From: Tubiluchus corallicola
Lineage: Eukaryota; Animalia; Priapulida
Length of the DNA stretch: 64,000 nucleotides
Reading direction: 5' to 3'
NCBI GenBank assembly: GCA_030141605.1
Contig: JAQGDQ010000744.1
Location: 39,110-103,109 of the forward strand
Both the position numbers and the translations under genes were made by a program. Positions 25,059 through 37,928 of this stretch are shown here, in pieces; the first letter of the stretch is position 1; every line of letters starts with the position of its first letter. The notes beneath the pieces are model-generated. The model had not been told where the DNA came from and made no database searches. It worked only from the letters and a program-made list of their open reading frames with translations.

Positions 25059-26030
25059 AGTGACACAGTACTTTTCAGTGATACAGTACTTTTCAGTGAT
25101 ACAGTACTTTTCTGTGATACAGTACTTTTCAGTGATACAGTACTTTTCAGTGATACAGTACTTTTCAGTGATACAGTACTTTTCAGTGATACAGTACTTT
25201 TCAGTGATACAGTACTTTTCAGTGATACAGTACTTTTCAGTGATACAGTACTTTTCTGTGATACAGTACTTTTCAGTGATACAGTACTTTTCTGTGATAC
25301 AGTACTTTTCTGTGATACAGTACTTTTCAGTGATACAGTACTTTTCAGTGATACAGTACTTTTCAGTGATACAGTACTTTTCAGTGATACAGTACTTTTC
25401 AGTGATACAGTACTTTTCAGTGATACAGTACTTTTCAGTGATACAGTACTTTTCAGTGATACAGTACTTTTCAGTGATACAGTACTTTTCAGTGATACAG
25501 TACTTTTCAGTGATACAGTACTTTTCAGTGATACAGTACTTTTCAGTGATACAGTACTTTTCAGTGATACAGTACTTTTCAGTGATACAGTACTTTTCAG
25601 TGATACAGTACTTTTCAGTGATACAGTACTTTTCAGTGATACAGTACTTTTCTGTGATACAGTACTTTTCAGTGATACAGTACTTTTCAGTGATACAGTA
25701 CTTTTCAGTGATACAGTACTTTTCAGTGATACAGTACTTTTCAGTGATACAGTACTTTTCAGTGATACAGTACTTTTCAGTGATACAGTACTTTTCAGTG
25801 ATACAGTACTTTTCAGTGATACAGTACTTTTCAGTGATACAGTACTTTTCAGTGATACAGTACTTTTCAGTGATACAGTACTTTTCAGTGATACAGTACT
25901 TTTCAGTGATACAGTACTTTTCAGTGATACAGTACTTTTCAGTGATACAGTACTTTTCAGTGATACAGTACTTTTCTGTGATACAGTACTTTTCTGTGAT
26001 ACAGTACTTTTCAGTGATACAGTACTTTTC
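25059..26030. repeat. 18-bp minisatellite, about 54 copies of AGTGATACAGTACTTTTC
   Basis: Near-perfect tandem array; essentially one recurring variant (TCAGTG/TCTGTG). Confidence 0.97.
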
Positions 26031-27770
26031 TTTGTCTATTTCCATGTGTGGGCTACTGCAAATAGCATGGAAAAAAATATACCAGGGTCAAATATTCGAT
26101 TATTCGAAAAAAAGCTTGTTGAGCTGTAGTTATATATTTGCTTTGACGACTAGGCCTAATTGCTGTATCGCGTTGATTTATACATACTTCTTAGTTGTTA
26201 TTTAAATCTGTTCTAGCTGTTTCTTTACATGAACTGTGGAATAAAATGCAAATCAAAAAAGCCACTCAATAAAAGTTATTTGCCAGTCGACTTCACAAAA
26301 AGAGAAATTCGTTATAGAGGAATCTCTGTTCAGCATTTTTCAAACAACTTTTCAAATATCTGTAGCTGTGTCAACTGCATTTTCACACCCAAGTATATTC
26401 AGTCCAAACCTAGTTTACAGACTTAGGCTTAGTATGGACTTGAAGGAATGTCACTATAGGCAGCTATACACAAACCATATTTTGGGTAATAATCGTGCTA
26501 GCATTGTCTATTAGTCTACTGGGGCCATTGCGAGAGGCACAGTTAGCCAGCGACAGTGAAGGTGATTTTGCCTGCCTGCATTGTGGACTCCGATGACAAG
26601 TCAACCAACATCAGCTTAATTTTAACAATTTGAATCTTGCAAATTACATCCTTGACAAGGGTGAACTTTCCTAAAATTCACTAATTACAGACGGATTTTG
26701 CATCATGAAAGTAACGTAAATGGTGCCGCAGTTATAAAATAAATCTGTTTTTACACATGCATGTTGTTTTATTACCTTTTTATTTAAGTTACAGGCCTTT
26801 ATTGTGAAATATGAATGACCAAGCATGAGAATGTCATTCCAGTCTTTACTATTTTATTACTACCACTTGGTCTGTTAAGAAGCTGCAACATTCTAAGCTT
26901 TAGGATTCTACATGCTCTGACTTTTAAGTCAATATACTGCACACTGCGCTCACTTAAAGAACTTGAAGAATATGTTAAATGTAGAAACCGGCCACAAGTT
27001 GTATGCCACAAAGGTCATGCACACGACGCACATGCGCCCAAACATACCACAGCAGTACAGACTACGTTGGCAATCTTCCTCTAATGAAATCACTTGTAAT
27101 CAATAATGGAATGCACGTAACTGTGACTGAAGCCAGTATTACAGATGTAGTAATTGAGCCCTCTTCGTATCTATGACTGAGGCTTCTCTTAGCCCGCTGC
27201 TCCTGAAGAATGCTCACAATTCATTTAGTTACTTATGCGTTGCTCCTGGTGGATGTTAGGTTTTGAGCGGAAAATTTCGTTGAAATAGCGCACTTCTGTT
27301 GTGAACGGCTGAAGGAGTGGATGTACTACATCTTTTGATAGTTTGAACCTTATTTTTGAGTTTTTTTAGGATTTTAGCATAATCTATAACTAATAATTGG
27401 ATGTTAAAAACCATCTAGGTTGTAACAATACCATAGATATGGTTTGTGTAGATCAAAGATCTTGGTCATTGCTTAGGAGTGTTCGACATGCTAGACTGTC
27501 ATGCAGCTCTGATCTTCTGTGTTTGAGTTCTTAATTAGTTTAATAAATATACTTTATTATACACGCATTTGTCTGGTTGCTAATATTATTGAAGCGTGTA
27601 ACATAGGTGTACAGGACAGTAATCTAGGAGTGTTAATTACTATTTTAACATCGAATTTAATGCGACAATGAATTGCAGATATTATATATTATATATAGCT
27701 GGTCGCCACCTTTATGTTCAAACACGCATTTTTTAGAAAAGTTGTTTCAACAGAAGTTATAATGTACTTA

Positions 27771-28197
27771 CACTCATATCTCGGTTTGCCGGACCTCGCT
27801 TTTATGGATATCGGTAAACTCGGACAAAATCTGGTCTGTTAAAAAGTCCCGCATACTACGGACACAGTCTGACTTGCGAGCTGACGGCTAGCTGGTGGGC
27901 CATCACTTTTTGTTTACATCGAAACAGCGTGTAACAATAGGTGTATAGCTTGTATAGAGTGTTTAGTGGTTTAATCAGTGTGTGTAAGTGGTTTAGAGTC
28001 AATTATGCGGAGTTGTTTGAGTCAACTGTCGACGGGTAAGTACTAGACGTTTTTGAGACAATTGCAATTGATACAACATTATCCTGAGTCTGACGGACGG
28101 CGCCTACGTGTATTAGCTTAGTATCGGGAAATACGAGCAATCGGCAAATTCTAACCGACATTTCCCCGCTTTTGCCCGGCAAACCGAGATATGAGTG
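27771..28197. mobile_element. Tc1/mariner-type MITE
   Basis: 22-bp perfect TIR CACTCATATCTCGGTTTGCCGG with TA on both sides. Confidence 0.85.
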
Positions 28198-28290
28198 TAT
28201 ATATTATAGTAATTTGTTAAAGCCATCAATTATGTTTTGTAAACGAAAATAGTGATAATAACAATATGAAACCCATACAATAATACTTAC

Positions 28291-28442
28291 AGGGTATTAA
28301 AGTTTAGCTCCACAAAATACTTAGTAAACCAAATAGTTTTCAAGCTGAATTCATTGGCACCACCCTGAGCTCCAGTTGTGTAAGACAGCAATGTGATCGG
28401 TGACCATTTGGCAGCAGAAGGCTCTGTAGTTACCTTGATCCA
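28291..28442 (-). CDS. Pentraxin repeat 1, exon 2
   Basis: ttctag/gtaagt, 152 nt, phase 0-2; WIKVTTEP...ITLLSYTTGAQGGANEFSL, paralogous to 8322-8470. Confidence 0.9.
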
Positions 28443-29366
28443 CTAGAATGACATGTAAATTTTGAGTTAAAAAAGTTTTGGAAACAAATATGTACCCATC
28501 TTATCATCCAACTAGACATATAGGCAAACTGAACACTCAACGACGTTAAATAACAATGTAATATTTATTGCATAAACATATACCTGTATATAATTAACAT
28601 TTAAAATGAATTTTATAAATATAATTCCAATTTATAAAGTGTTTACTCACTCATTCACTGCTGATCCAAATAATAGGAGATAAAATGAAAAGCAAGAAAA
28701 GTGAAACGGAAATCGGACTTAGGGAAGTTTAAATTGTGTGTTACAAGAGGAAGGTAAAAGGAAGGTGCCTTTTTCTTGCTAAAAATACAGACACGTTTTT
28801 TAAAAAATAAGAAATTCGGCTTAAAACATCCAAGCCACGTGCAAAGCACAAACAAGTAAGTGAATAAACAAAGAAGCAAGGTCTGTTGCTCAACAGAAAG
28901 CACGCATGTAGAACAGAGTGCACAATGTCCAACACTGTCTAAATTTGAAAACTGTGCAAGAGTAAACACTACTAGTGCTCGAGGTTCAAATAGGAGGCCC
29001 TGATGCAGAATGGGAAATAAAATAGGTGCACATTTGACCAGAATTCAGCTGTAAAACACATAGATATAAGAAGAGGCAACACTATTCGACAAGAGTCTGC
29101 AGTGGCAAAGGTTGGGGATGGAAAAGACAAGCAGAGGCACTAGGAAGTGATAGGTTCCTCCTGAAGACGAGGTTAATATTCGCTCCAGTTTTCGCCATTC
29201 AGTGCACATCCAGAATCCTTGCCTCTGCAATGATGGTACAGCTGTGTGTAGCAAAAAATTTGTGTACAGACCTTAACAAGAAGTAATAGAAGGGCATTTC
29301 AGATGATCAAGCTAAAATGATTTTGATCAAGACACAAATTAGCCTAATAACAGCATTGATGATATA

Positions 29367-29893
29367 CAGTGTTCCCTCGCTACTTCGCAGTTCGTTTATC
29401 GCAGACTCGCTGTTTCGCGGGTTTTCAAAAACATTAATGTAAAATATTTATCGCAGTATTTTCGTGGTATTTGTGGTACTTCATCTAAAGTATTTTTGCA
29501 CATGCGTAGTACGTTTTGAACAGTATAGATTTGATGAATTTTGCATAAAAAAAATCACAAAATGTATAAAAATATATTAAAAATATTAATTCTAACATTA
29601 AAAGAATATTATAAATCATAAAAAATTACCATTTACAGTAAATAGTGTATTTATTCGGTGCATGAATACATACCAAAATCGAAATGTAGTACTTGCGCCC
29701 GCTTGAGATACTACTTGCCGACGTGAGATTGTACACAACACACGTTTGGTATGTATAAGAGTGTAGGGAGGGTTTATAAAAACTTAAAATAATGTATAAC
29801 TACTAAAATAAGTATAGCGTCCCTACTTCGCGTAAATTCACTTATCGCGGGTGGGTCTGGAGCAGAACACCCGCGATAAGTGAGGGAACACTG
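29367..29893. mobile_element. Tigger-like MITE
   Basis: TA|CAGTGTTCCCTCGC ... GTGAGGGAACACTG|TA with subterminal TTCGCG/ATCGCG repeats. Confidence 0.85.
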
Positions 29894-32112
29894 TATATAT
29901 TTTTCTTATAAATATTCATGTAAACATATTTATTTAATATCAGAATTGATTATAGCACCAATAGGCTTGACGTAAATCTTTTCTGAAAAATATTATACTT
30001 TTTACACCTCAGAATGTAATGTCTAGTATACTTGCTTGCATTGTTGTTGTTCTTGCTCTTCTTGGCAATTTGCTTTAGATTCATGAATTGTTTAGTTCAA
30101 ATTGCATACAGCATTCTAAGACGTTATAAAAAATCACAACAGACTCAATAATTGTGCACATTGTAAGCACTTATCTACACTAGCCCAATGAATCAGCTTA
30201 AAAAACTCGAAATTAGTACATCACACAATCCAATAGAATCTAAAACATCCCAGAACTCAGAAACCTGCCTCAGTTATGGCACAGGAACAGCAACACAAGA
30301 ATACCTTATTTCTAAGCACACCGTGAAAATTCATTACAGCTTTTTAAGTCAATCAGAGACTGTAAAGTTGAAAAATAAATAAAAGACACCAACCATCAAG
30401 CGCAACATAAAATTGAAGAAGATCATACCAAATTTATCAAAGTCACAAATTCCCTTACCTGAGAATGAGTTGACTGCATAGAACAGCTTAGATACCAACA
30501 CTCTTTCACAACCATATAGTTAAAGCCTAGCACCATTGTTCAAAAAAAGAGAAAAACATGAAGCCAGCAACATTGGTGAGGCCTCATCTGCATCTTTGGG
30601 AAGCTCCTCGGGCATCTGAAAGGCTGTTAGCTTAACACTTGCCACTACAGATCTTTTGAGACTCAGCTTATCTAGCTTATGTTCAGCTTTTTTTGCCATG
30701 TATGGGTCTCCCAGCCCACATCTCTATGTAAACCATGTATAATGTCTCCAAATTGCAGACAACTGACGTGGATTAAATGAAAAAAATAAAAGTTATACAA
30801 TCCTAACCTACCAGAAACAGTCAAGGTGCTGACCAAATTGACAACTGTTATAACGAAGGCCTTTGAGAAGTCAATCGTCAGCACCTCCTTTATAAGCTGA
30901 AGGGGCTTGGGAATCTACAAGCATGTACACAAGTAAGATAAGCTGAAAATTTTATCCACCACAGGAAGCTGCAACCTACGGCAACAGACGTAAGTAACAA
31001 TTTGATTGATTTTTGGCAACAGAACAAGTGTACCATAACGTGATGCTTGGGCCCAATCTGTTACCCATCAACAGGTCATCTTTTATTAGATGATTTTATT
31101 TTCTACAAGCAAATTAACGATTGAAATAATATGTTATCTCTCTGTTATAAGATGGCTAAATTGCAAACTTGTAAAGAAATGCAGGAAATCGTATGTCAAA
31201 TAGCTCAAATTAAATACAGGACTAAATTCTGTGTAAAACATGCATGGAATTCTACAGAATTAAGCTCAAGTACCAGAAAGAAATTAAATGGTCAGATTCG
31301 TATTGATAAGATCACTCCTACAGCAAACATTCCCTTGCCAGGAACATCCATACTAACAAACGCTTTGTCAGTAGTTTGAGATCTACACTTACACAAGGAC
31401 ATGAACACTTGATCAAGATAGAGGTGGTCAAATTGAGAGCTTCTACTATAAGTATATGAATTGCATTAGCTGAACGAAACACTTGCTGATCCTCAGTAGA
31501 GATACTGACAGCTCACAGCACCAAAAATCAAGCTTTGCACGATGCAAAGTTGATGCACCAATGAATAATTATATCAAACTTACTTGACCAAGAAAAACAA
31601 TATAATCTGCATATAATTTCAATCAGTTGTATCATGTTTCAGACACTCATTTTGCTAAGTATCACAAATTTGAAAACATAGTTGTACATGAGCTAGCATA
31701 TTAATCCTTATCACAGAACAATTGTAGAATCTTAGCAAAAATTTTTAAAATTTTTTTGTTAGGAAGCAATTTGAAATTTGTTCTTAGGACCTGCAAGCAA
31801 CTCTCTCTAATATCATATTTTTATATAAGTAAGTGTTATTCATGTTGAGCATAAGTTAGTTTTTTTTGCTTTCTCTTAGCACTGAATACATTGTTAATTT
31901 GTAAAATTTTATATAACTTGTATTTTGTAGTATTGTGCTAAATGGATGAATAAATAAATAATTAAATAAATAAAATATAAAATAAAATGTCAAGAAAATA
32001 AAGTGCTATTTCAGCTGTCTGGATGCCATTCACTATCCTATGCTCGATTTTCCTAAAGTCTGCAGAAAAACATAGCAACATATGAACCTTTTTTAATGGG
32101 AAGTGAACATAC

Positions 32113-32234
32113 CATGCAGAAGGTGAAATCTGTTAACTCAGGAACAGGCTTCTGGTATTTAAGGAACATGGAGTTACTTTGATTTGGAAAAACCACTGAG
32201 GTTCCACTGAGTAAATAACAATCGCGATGTTCGC
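32113..32234 (-). CDS. Pentraxin repeat 1, exon 1
   Basis: ttttcag/gtatgt, 122 nt, phase 1-0; DCYLLSGTSVVFPNQSNSMFLKYQKPVPELTDFTFCM. Confidence 0.9.
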
Positions 32235-34060
32235 CTGAAAACAGCAAAGACAGAGATCAGTAAAAGTTTCCAATAGGCACGGAACAAATCCACTTTTACG
32301 GTATCTGGAACGGATCTTGATTTTGGAATATGGATTCGGGTCAGCGGTGTCTTCAGTTAACTAGTAAAAAAGTAGCTAGTTTAGTTTAATTTAGTTTATT
32401 CTGTTTGCTGTAACAAAATAGCACATAGATATGGTGTAATAATTATAGCATAAAAAACTAGCACATAATATAGTTGATGTAAAATTATCAGGTCTGTCCC
32501 AGAAGAAAACTCGTTTAGTCAGTCCCAATATGGCAAACAGAAAACAAAAGTGTGGGTTCAAGAATAAAAGGTGATTTAAGGGAGGAAGAGAAGTATGACA
32601 AGTGAAAGGACATGAAGATGTAACATGAAAATGAGAACGAAAAATTGGATTCCTATGAGAATGACATGAGAATGTAATAAATGTAGATACTTCAACAAAG
32701 TAATTGCATTCATAAGTACTATAATGGCATACAAGTAGCTTAAAAACTTGTGGTAGTGTTTTAAGCATTTATTACATCACTAAAGTTGACTAGTTGTCTT
32801 TTCTCAATTACATCATTATTGCAAATTAAATTAATTGGTACTGGTGATGGTGATGTTGAGAAGTTTGAAGTATATGTCCTCACAACTAAATTTTACACGT
32901 TCCAGAAATAGCTTTCGTATAATTGTCAGCACAAATTTCACGAAATTTCTTCAGAAGCTGCAGGATGCAAGCTGAAATGAAAGCACTTCCACAGTCATAG
33001 TTCTGGGTCAGCTTCTAAAAAATGTAGTGGTAGTAAAAACAGCAACTGATTACACAGACTAGTATTCACGTCAGCTGGCGTCATACATCTGTTTTCATAA
33101 TACTTTCAAAGTTTTACGGTGTTGGCAAAAATCGGGATGTTAGCACGCATGACAATCATATTCTTTTAAAAACTAAGTTTATTGTAATAGAATTTGCATA
33201 ACCTAACTAGACGTAACCAAGTATCTGATCGCTTAAATTTTCAAGTAGCTTGTTATACTGAGGTTTAATTGGTCAGCAAGCTACAACTTTGTATGACTTA
33301 AATAAAGTACAGTAGAATTACTGGATTCTGACTTATTTCACTGGATCTGATCCGGTCCCAACGCTAATTTCCAATATCTATTACAGCAATCAAATTTCGT
33401 AAGCTGAAATTACCAAATATCTCTAGAGGAAAGCAATATTTTATCTTAGAGTATATCTCAAAATTTCCTATGATTTAACATATCTTGGGAAGTAAACTTA
33501 CATTTTATTTTATTTACATGATAATTAAAGAAGTATTACTTCAGTACCTAAGTTCATTAGTAGTCCCATGTTGCAGTCTCTTACTGCATACACACTAGGC
33601 ATATATACTTAGATACATATTCTGGTTAGCTGTCTGCTTCAGCATCTACTTCTTCGAAACATGTGCGAATAACAGGAACACAACCCACACTTGGCGTTGC
33701 AACTACCTCATAACATCCGTTTTACATTAGCACGGGGATAAACTTGAAATTAAGAATTTAAAAACTGTCGAACTGTGCTGTTTCATTAATAAACATGTTA
33801 TACAGTAGTACCATTTTTCAATTTTTGACTTCGCAAGCACGTGTATGCGTAATGATCAAAGTTGGCATTATCGCTTAGCTGTGCCACAGCTTAAAATAAC
33901 TTACAGTCTAAAATATATCCTATTTTCTTTTAACAAAATAGTGAGCTGATTTCTCTGCCTATATAGTTTTTGTTATTGATTGCTAGAAAGAATTATGCAA
34001 AATCATTACAGTATCACCGCTGCCTTACATAATACAGTAGCAAAAAATGCTTACCAAATG

Positions 34061-35259
34061 CAGTAGTCACCGCTTAATAGACTCACGGTTAATTGACTCA
34101 ATTGCTTAACTGCCTCAAAAACGCCTGGAACAGGCCGCTTCTATTCAAATATACATAAAAACTATCGGCAATTGACTCAATATTTTTCCTTCACGTGACA
34201 TTTGCATGTGCCCAAATAGCTTTCCCTACTTCAATGTCATCTTTACTTCCCTTCTGTGCATTATATATATAGAAACAATCATGTTAACTACCGTTTTGTT
34301 TGTAAACAGCTACGTTTATCATGCGCTAATACGCTAGCGTAGCGGTTTTGGTTTGAATCTGTTACCCACTCGCCCACTGCAATTAACCTCGTTACCCAAA
34401 AAATTTCTGGAATCCAAACATTTAATCACTTACCTAGCTGTTTTCTTTAGATGCTCTAGTTGCAAATCACGCTTTCAGACTTAATGAGTTAATAGTCAAA
34501 GATGCAGGTACAGTAATCAGCCAGTATTCCTTGTGACTTACAAGAGTAAATATCATACAGCAAATAAGGGCATAGAGTTAAGAAGTTTGAAAAATAGAGC
34601 ATAAGCGTAAAGATCTAACAGTTAAGGAGAAACTGAAAATTTTAGAGCAGTATGGTAAACTTCCAAAGATGGGGCAGAGGTGTGCAGCAGTGCAGTTGAA
34701 AGTTTCCCAAAGTACTCTCGGCAGAATGTTGAAGAAATGATCTGAAATTGAGCAGTCAGCAAGCCAAAATGAGAATCTAGCATCTAAGAGGTGCCACACA
34801 GGAAAAGACTGTGAAGTGGAGTCAGCATTAAAAGTGTTATTTACAAACGCAAGAGAAAAAGATGCTCGAGTGAACGCTCCTTTAATGCGACAGAAAGCAG
34901 AAGATTTGGCAAAATAAATGCTCAAGCACGCCAAGTGCTAAATGTTTTACGAGAATACGTGCATTACATAGCAACAGATTTTCAACGTTTTTATAATTAC
35001 GAGAACTTTGTAAGCCAACTTTTTCACGAGAAAATGAATTTTTGTAATTTTTGCAAATAAATAGACTTGTGTGATTTAGAAAAGTATACTTTTTAATCTA
35101 TTGTTAATTCACTTGTATAAATTAATATTTTTAAATTGTATTAATGTTTTTTTCTAATTTTTAACTGCACAAAGGAATTTTGTAGTAATACTATACCCAT
35201 CAGTTAATTGGATCAAAACAAGTCAGTCCCAAAGTGAGTCTATTAAGCGACGACTACTG
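34061..35259 (+). mobile_element. Deleted pogo/Tigger element retaining a transposase N-terminal fragment (psq-type HTH plus CENP-B-like HTH)
   Basis: TIRs CAGTAGTCACCGCTTAATAGACTCAC / GTGAGTCTATTAAGCGACGACTACTG; about 34597-34915 reads KRKDLTVKEKLKIL...VSQSTLGRMLK*...EVESALKVLF...LMRQKAEDLAK*. Confidence 0.85.
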
Positions 35260-35324
35260 TAGTTCGTCCAATATATAATTCCTGATAATTTAACAATAAA
35301 AGTAAAAATATCAATGAAACTTAC

Positions 35325-35450
35325 CCGTTTCGCAGTCAGCTTCTCGAATTCTATTCCACTGATATTGAGTTGCAATTTCATCAGCTGTGCTACTGTAGAT
35401 GGAGCCACACATTCCGTTATTTTTACAATGACTTGCCTCCCATGTGTGCT
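35325..35450 (-). CDS. Degenerate EGF-like exon
   Basis: ttctag/gtaagt, 126 nt, phase 1-1; EHTWEASHCKNNGMCGSIYSSTADEIATQYQWNRIREADCET. Confidence 0.7.
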
Positions 35451-36163
35451 CTAGAATTAGAAGAGATTAGATTAAATTTAGAAATGTAGAAATATACAAG
35501 GCGCTGTGAAAGAAAATTGCATCTTTTGTCACAGCCGGAAAGGACCCAAAAGCCAAAGCGTAGACCATTTTGAGACATGTGGGTAGTTAGCAATCAGGCA
35601 ACAGCCAGTCTTCATTACTAATTAAATTAGAATTCATAAAATTATATTAGAAGTGTTAATCGACTAAACAGCTTAGCATACTAGAAATCAATGCAAAGAA
35701 ATGAACTTGACAAAAATGCATAAATATTGGAACAATCAGAACAGTTAAAAAATTACGTTAGGTTATACCGAATTAGTTTGTGTTTATACAGATTAAAATA
35801 ACCCTGATCTGTTATTACTAACAATATGAAGTAAAAGATAAATGGCAAACAACAGACATAAAAGTGGAATTATTAGCTAGCAAATGAGCTAGAAATGCAT
35901 TGCCAATCTAAGAATTTTCAAACCAGATGCGCCATTAATGATGTTACACGTAAAAAAACATAGTGTAGATGCACATGTACATGTCAGTCTAATGTGATTG
36001 TATAATTTAAGCCTAGCATAATTCATTGCGAATTTTTCAACATTCTGTTGCCGTGAAATACTAGGTAGTCCGCTCTTGGTTCAATACAACTGACACTTGT
36101 AACTTTTCAAGACAAGAGAAGACTATTCTAAGTCAATAAAGATAATAAATATTAATTGAATTA

Positions 36164-36286
<123 letters not shown>

Positions 36287-37606
36287 TTAAAACACAAATA
36301 AAAACTTAATTAAGGATTACAGTTGGTGCTTTTAGAATATAAATATGGGAAAATGGATTTTTAATTTCAACTAAAGATATATGTGAGATTGACAGTGTAC
36401 CATTTGGTCACTGCAGCTTTCCGATGGGCGGATGATGGCTAATGTCTTGAATTGTTTACAGACACGAAATTCTGGTCAGTTATAAGCAACCAAATGATAC
36501 AGGAAGACAGAAGTGAACATTGGCAGAAAAAAAGAATTGGAAAGAAGTTTGGACAATGTGTACAGAGATGAATGTAAATAGGCCTAGTAATGATAGCTTG
36601 AAATTTTCTAGAAATGCCTCAAAAAAATTGTAATTCTGCACTAGTGAGGAAATGACTCTGACATTAAAAACTGATGGGCCAGGTTAGTACAGATACTAAC
36701 TGCCACAAAAATTGCTTCTATAGGCTGTTTTATACTGCCCTCTCCCCCACCTGAAACACATTCAAACACACATGGCACGACTGCCATTTCAGTGTCTGGC
36801 TTCTAAAATTATTGTATTTTGGTGTTCTGACATCTGTGGATTGGTTTTCTTCTAAACTATAGACAGATCTGGTACACTGTTTCCCTAAAGACAAAATACA
36901 ATAAATGCTATCACTCATTTAGCAAACAACAATAGCACTAATAGCTATTTAGCAACTTACACTTACAACAATACAAGTAAGGAATACAAAGTAAGCACAC
37001 AAACAAGGAATAATACATAGGTATGCTATTGAAAGGTAAGTTCCCCATGAATCTTTTAAATAAACAAAAAAAGTTCACATTTTACTTATCTTCATTTCTG
37101 AAAGCTGTTATTCTACTTCATCTCATTTTTCTTTACATGTTATTGTAGTGGCATGATTCGATAGTTGGCAGGGGCGGAACTAGGGGGGGGGGCGAAGGGG
37201 GGAGGGGGCGAAGGGGGGAGGGGGGGGGGGGGGTGGCGCCCCCCTGCCGTACCTCCCAGGCCTCCCACAAATGGACAATTTTTTTGCAGTAGCCCAGTAA
37301 TATTTTTTACCATTAAAGTTTGTCACCGAGTTAAATTATTCTGACTGTTAATACGTGCCTGACCAGATGTGTTTACCTGAAAGTCAGGATGTAGTTAATT
37401 TGTTTGCATGTAATCTATTCAGGAGGCAGGCAGGAACAGTTAACAAAGCAGCTCGTTTAGTAGCATTAGCGCCTTTGCACAAAAGACTGTTAGTTAACAA
37501 AACGGCTCAGTTAGCACTCGAGCTTCATTCAGCAGTGTGTTATAATAGAGAATAAGTGAAATAATAGAGCGAAAACAATGCAAACATTGAAGTCATGTTG
37601 AGCTAC

Positions 37607-37693
37607 CCTAGTACCAGAGAGTCAGTTTGTCCAGCTTGCCTAGTACCAGAGAGTCAGTTTGTCTAGCTAGCCTAGTACCAGAGAGTCGGTTTG
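37607..37693. repeat. 32-bp tandem repeat (about 2.7 copies) in the hAT 5' region
   Basis: CCTAGTACCAGAGAGTC(A/G)GTTTG starts at 37607, 37639, 37671. Confidence 0.85.
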
Positions 37694-37928
37694 GGAGATA
37701 CAAATTGATGAGCCACGGCTCAGCCACCTCGTGATTGGACATTACCGACTCTTTGCTACTCCTTAGCGACTCTTTCCCACAAGTTTGCTGCATAAAAGGG
37801 CGTGATTTTTGAGCAGATTTCATCATTTTTCTCCTGCTAGTAGAATCTCTGCTAGTTTTCGCTGCGATTTCAGCTGTTGTTTCATCTTGTTGACAAACAG
37901 GAATTTTCACGTGATTACATGTTACATC

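Noticed and set aside
25041-26205. ORFs of (ITEKYC)n and (VIQYFS)n, 334 and 381 aa
   Set aside because: By-products of an 18-bp tandem repeat lacking stops in these frames; almost no sequence divergence between units, intronic, no protein context
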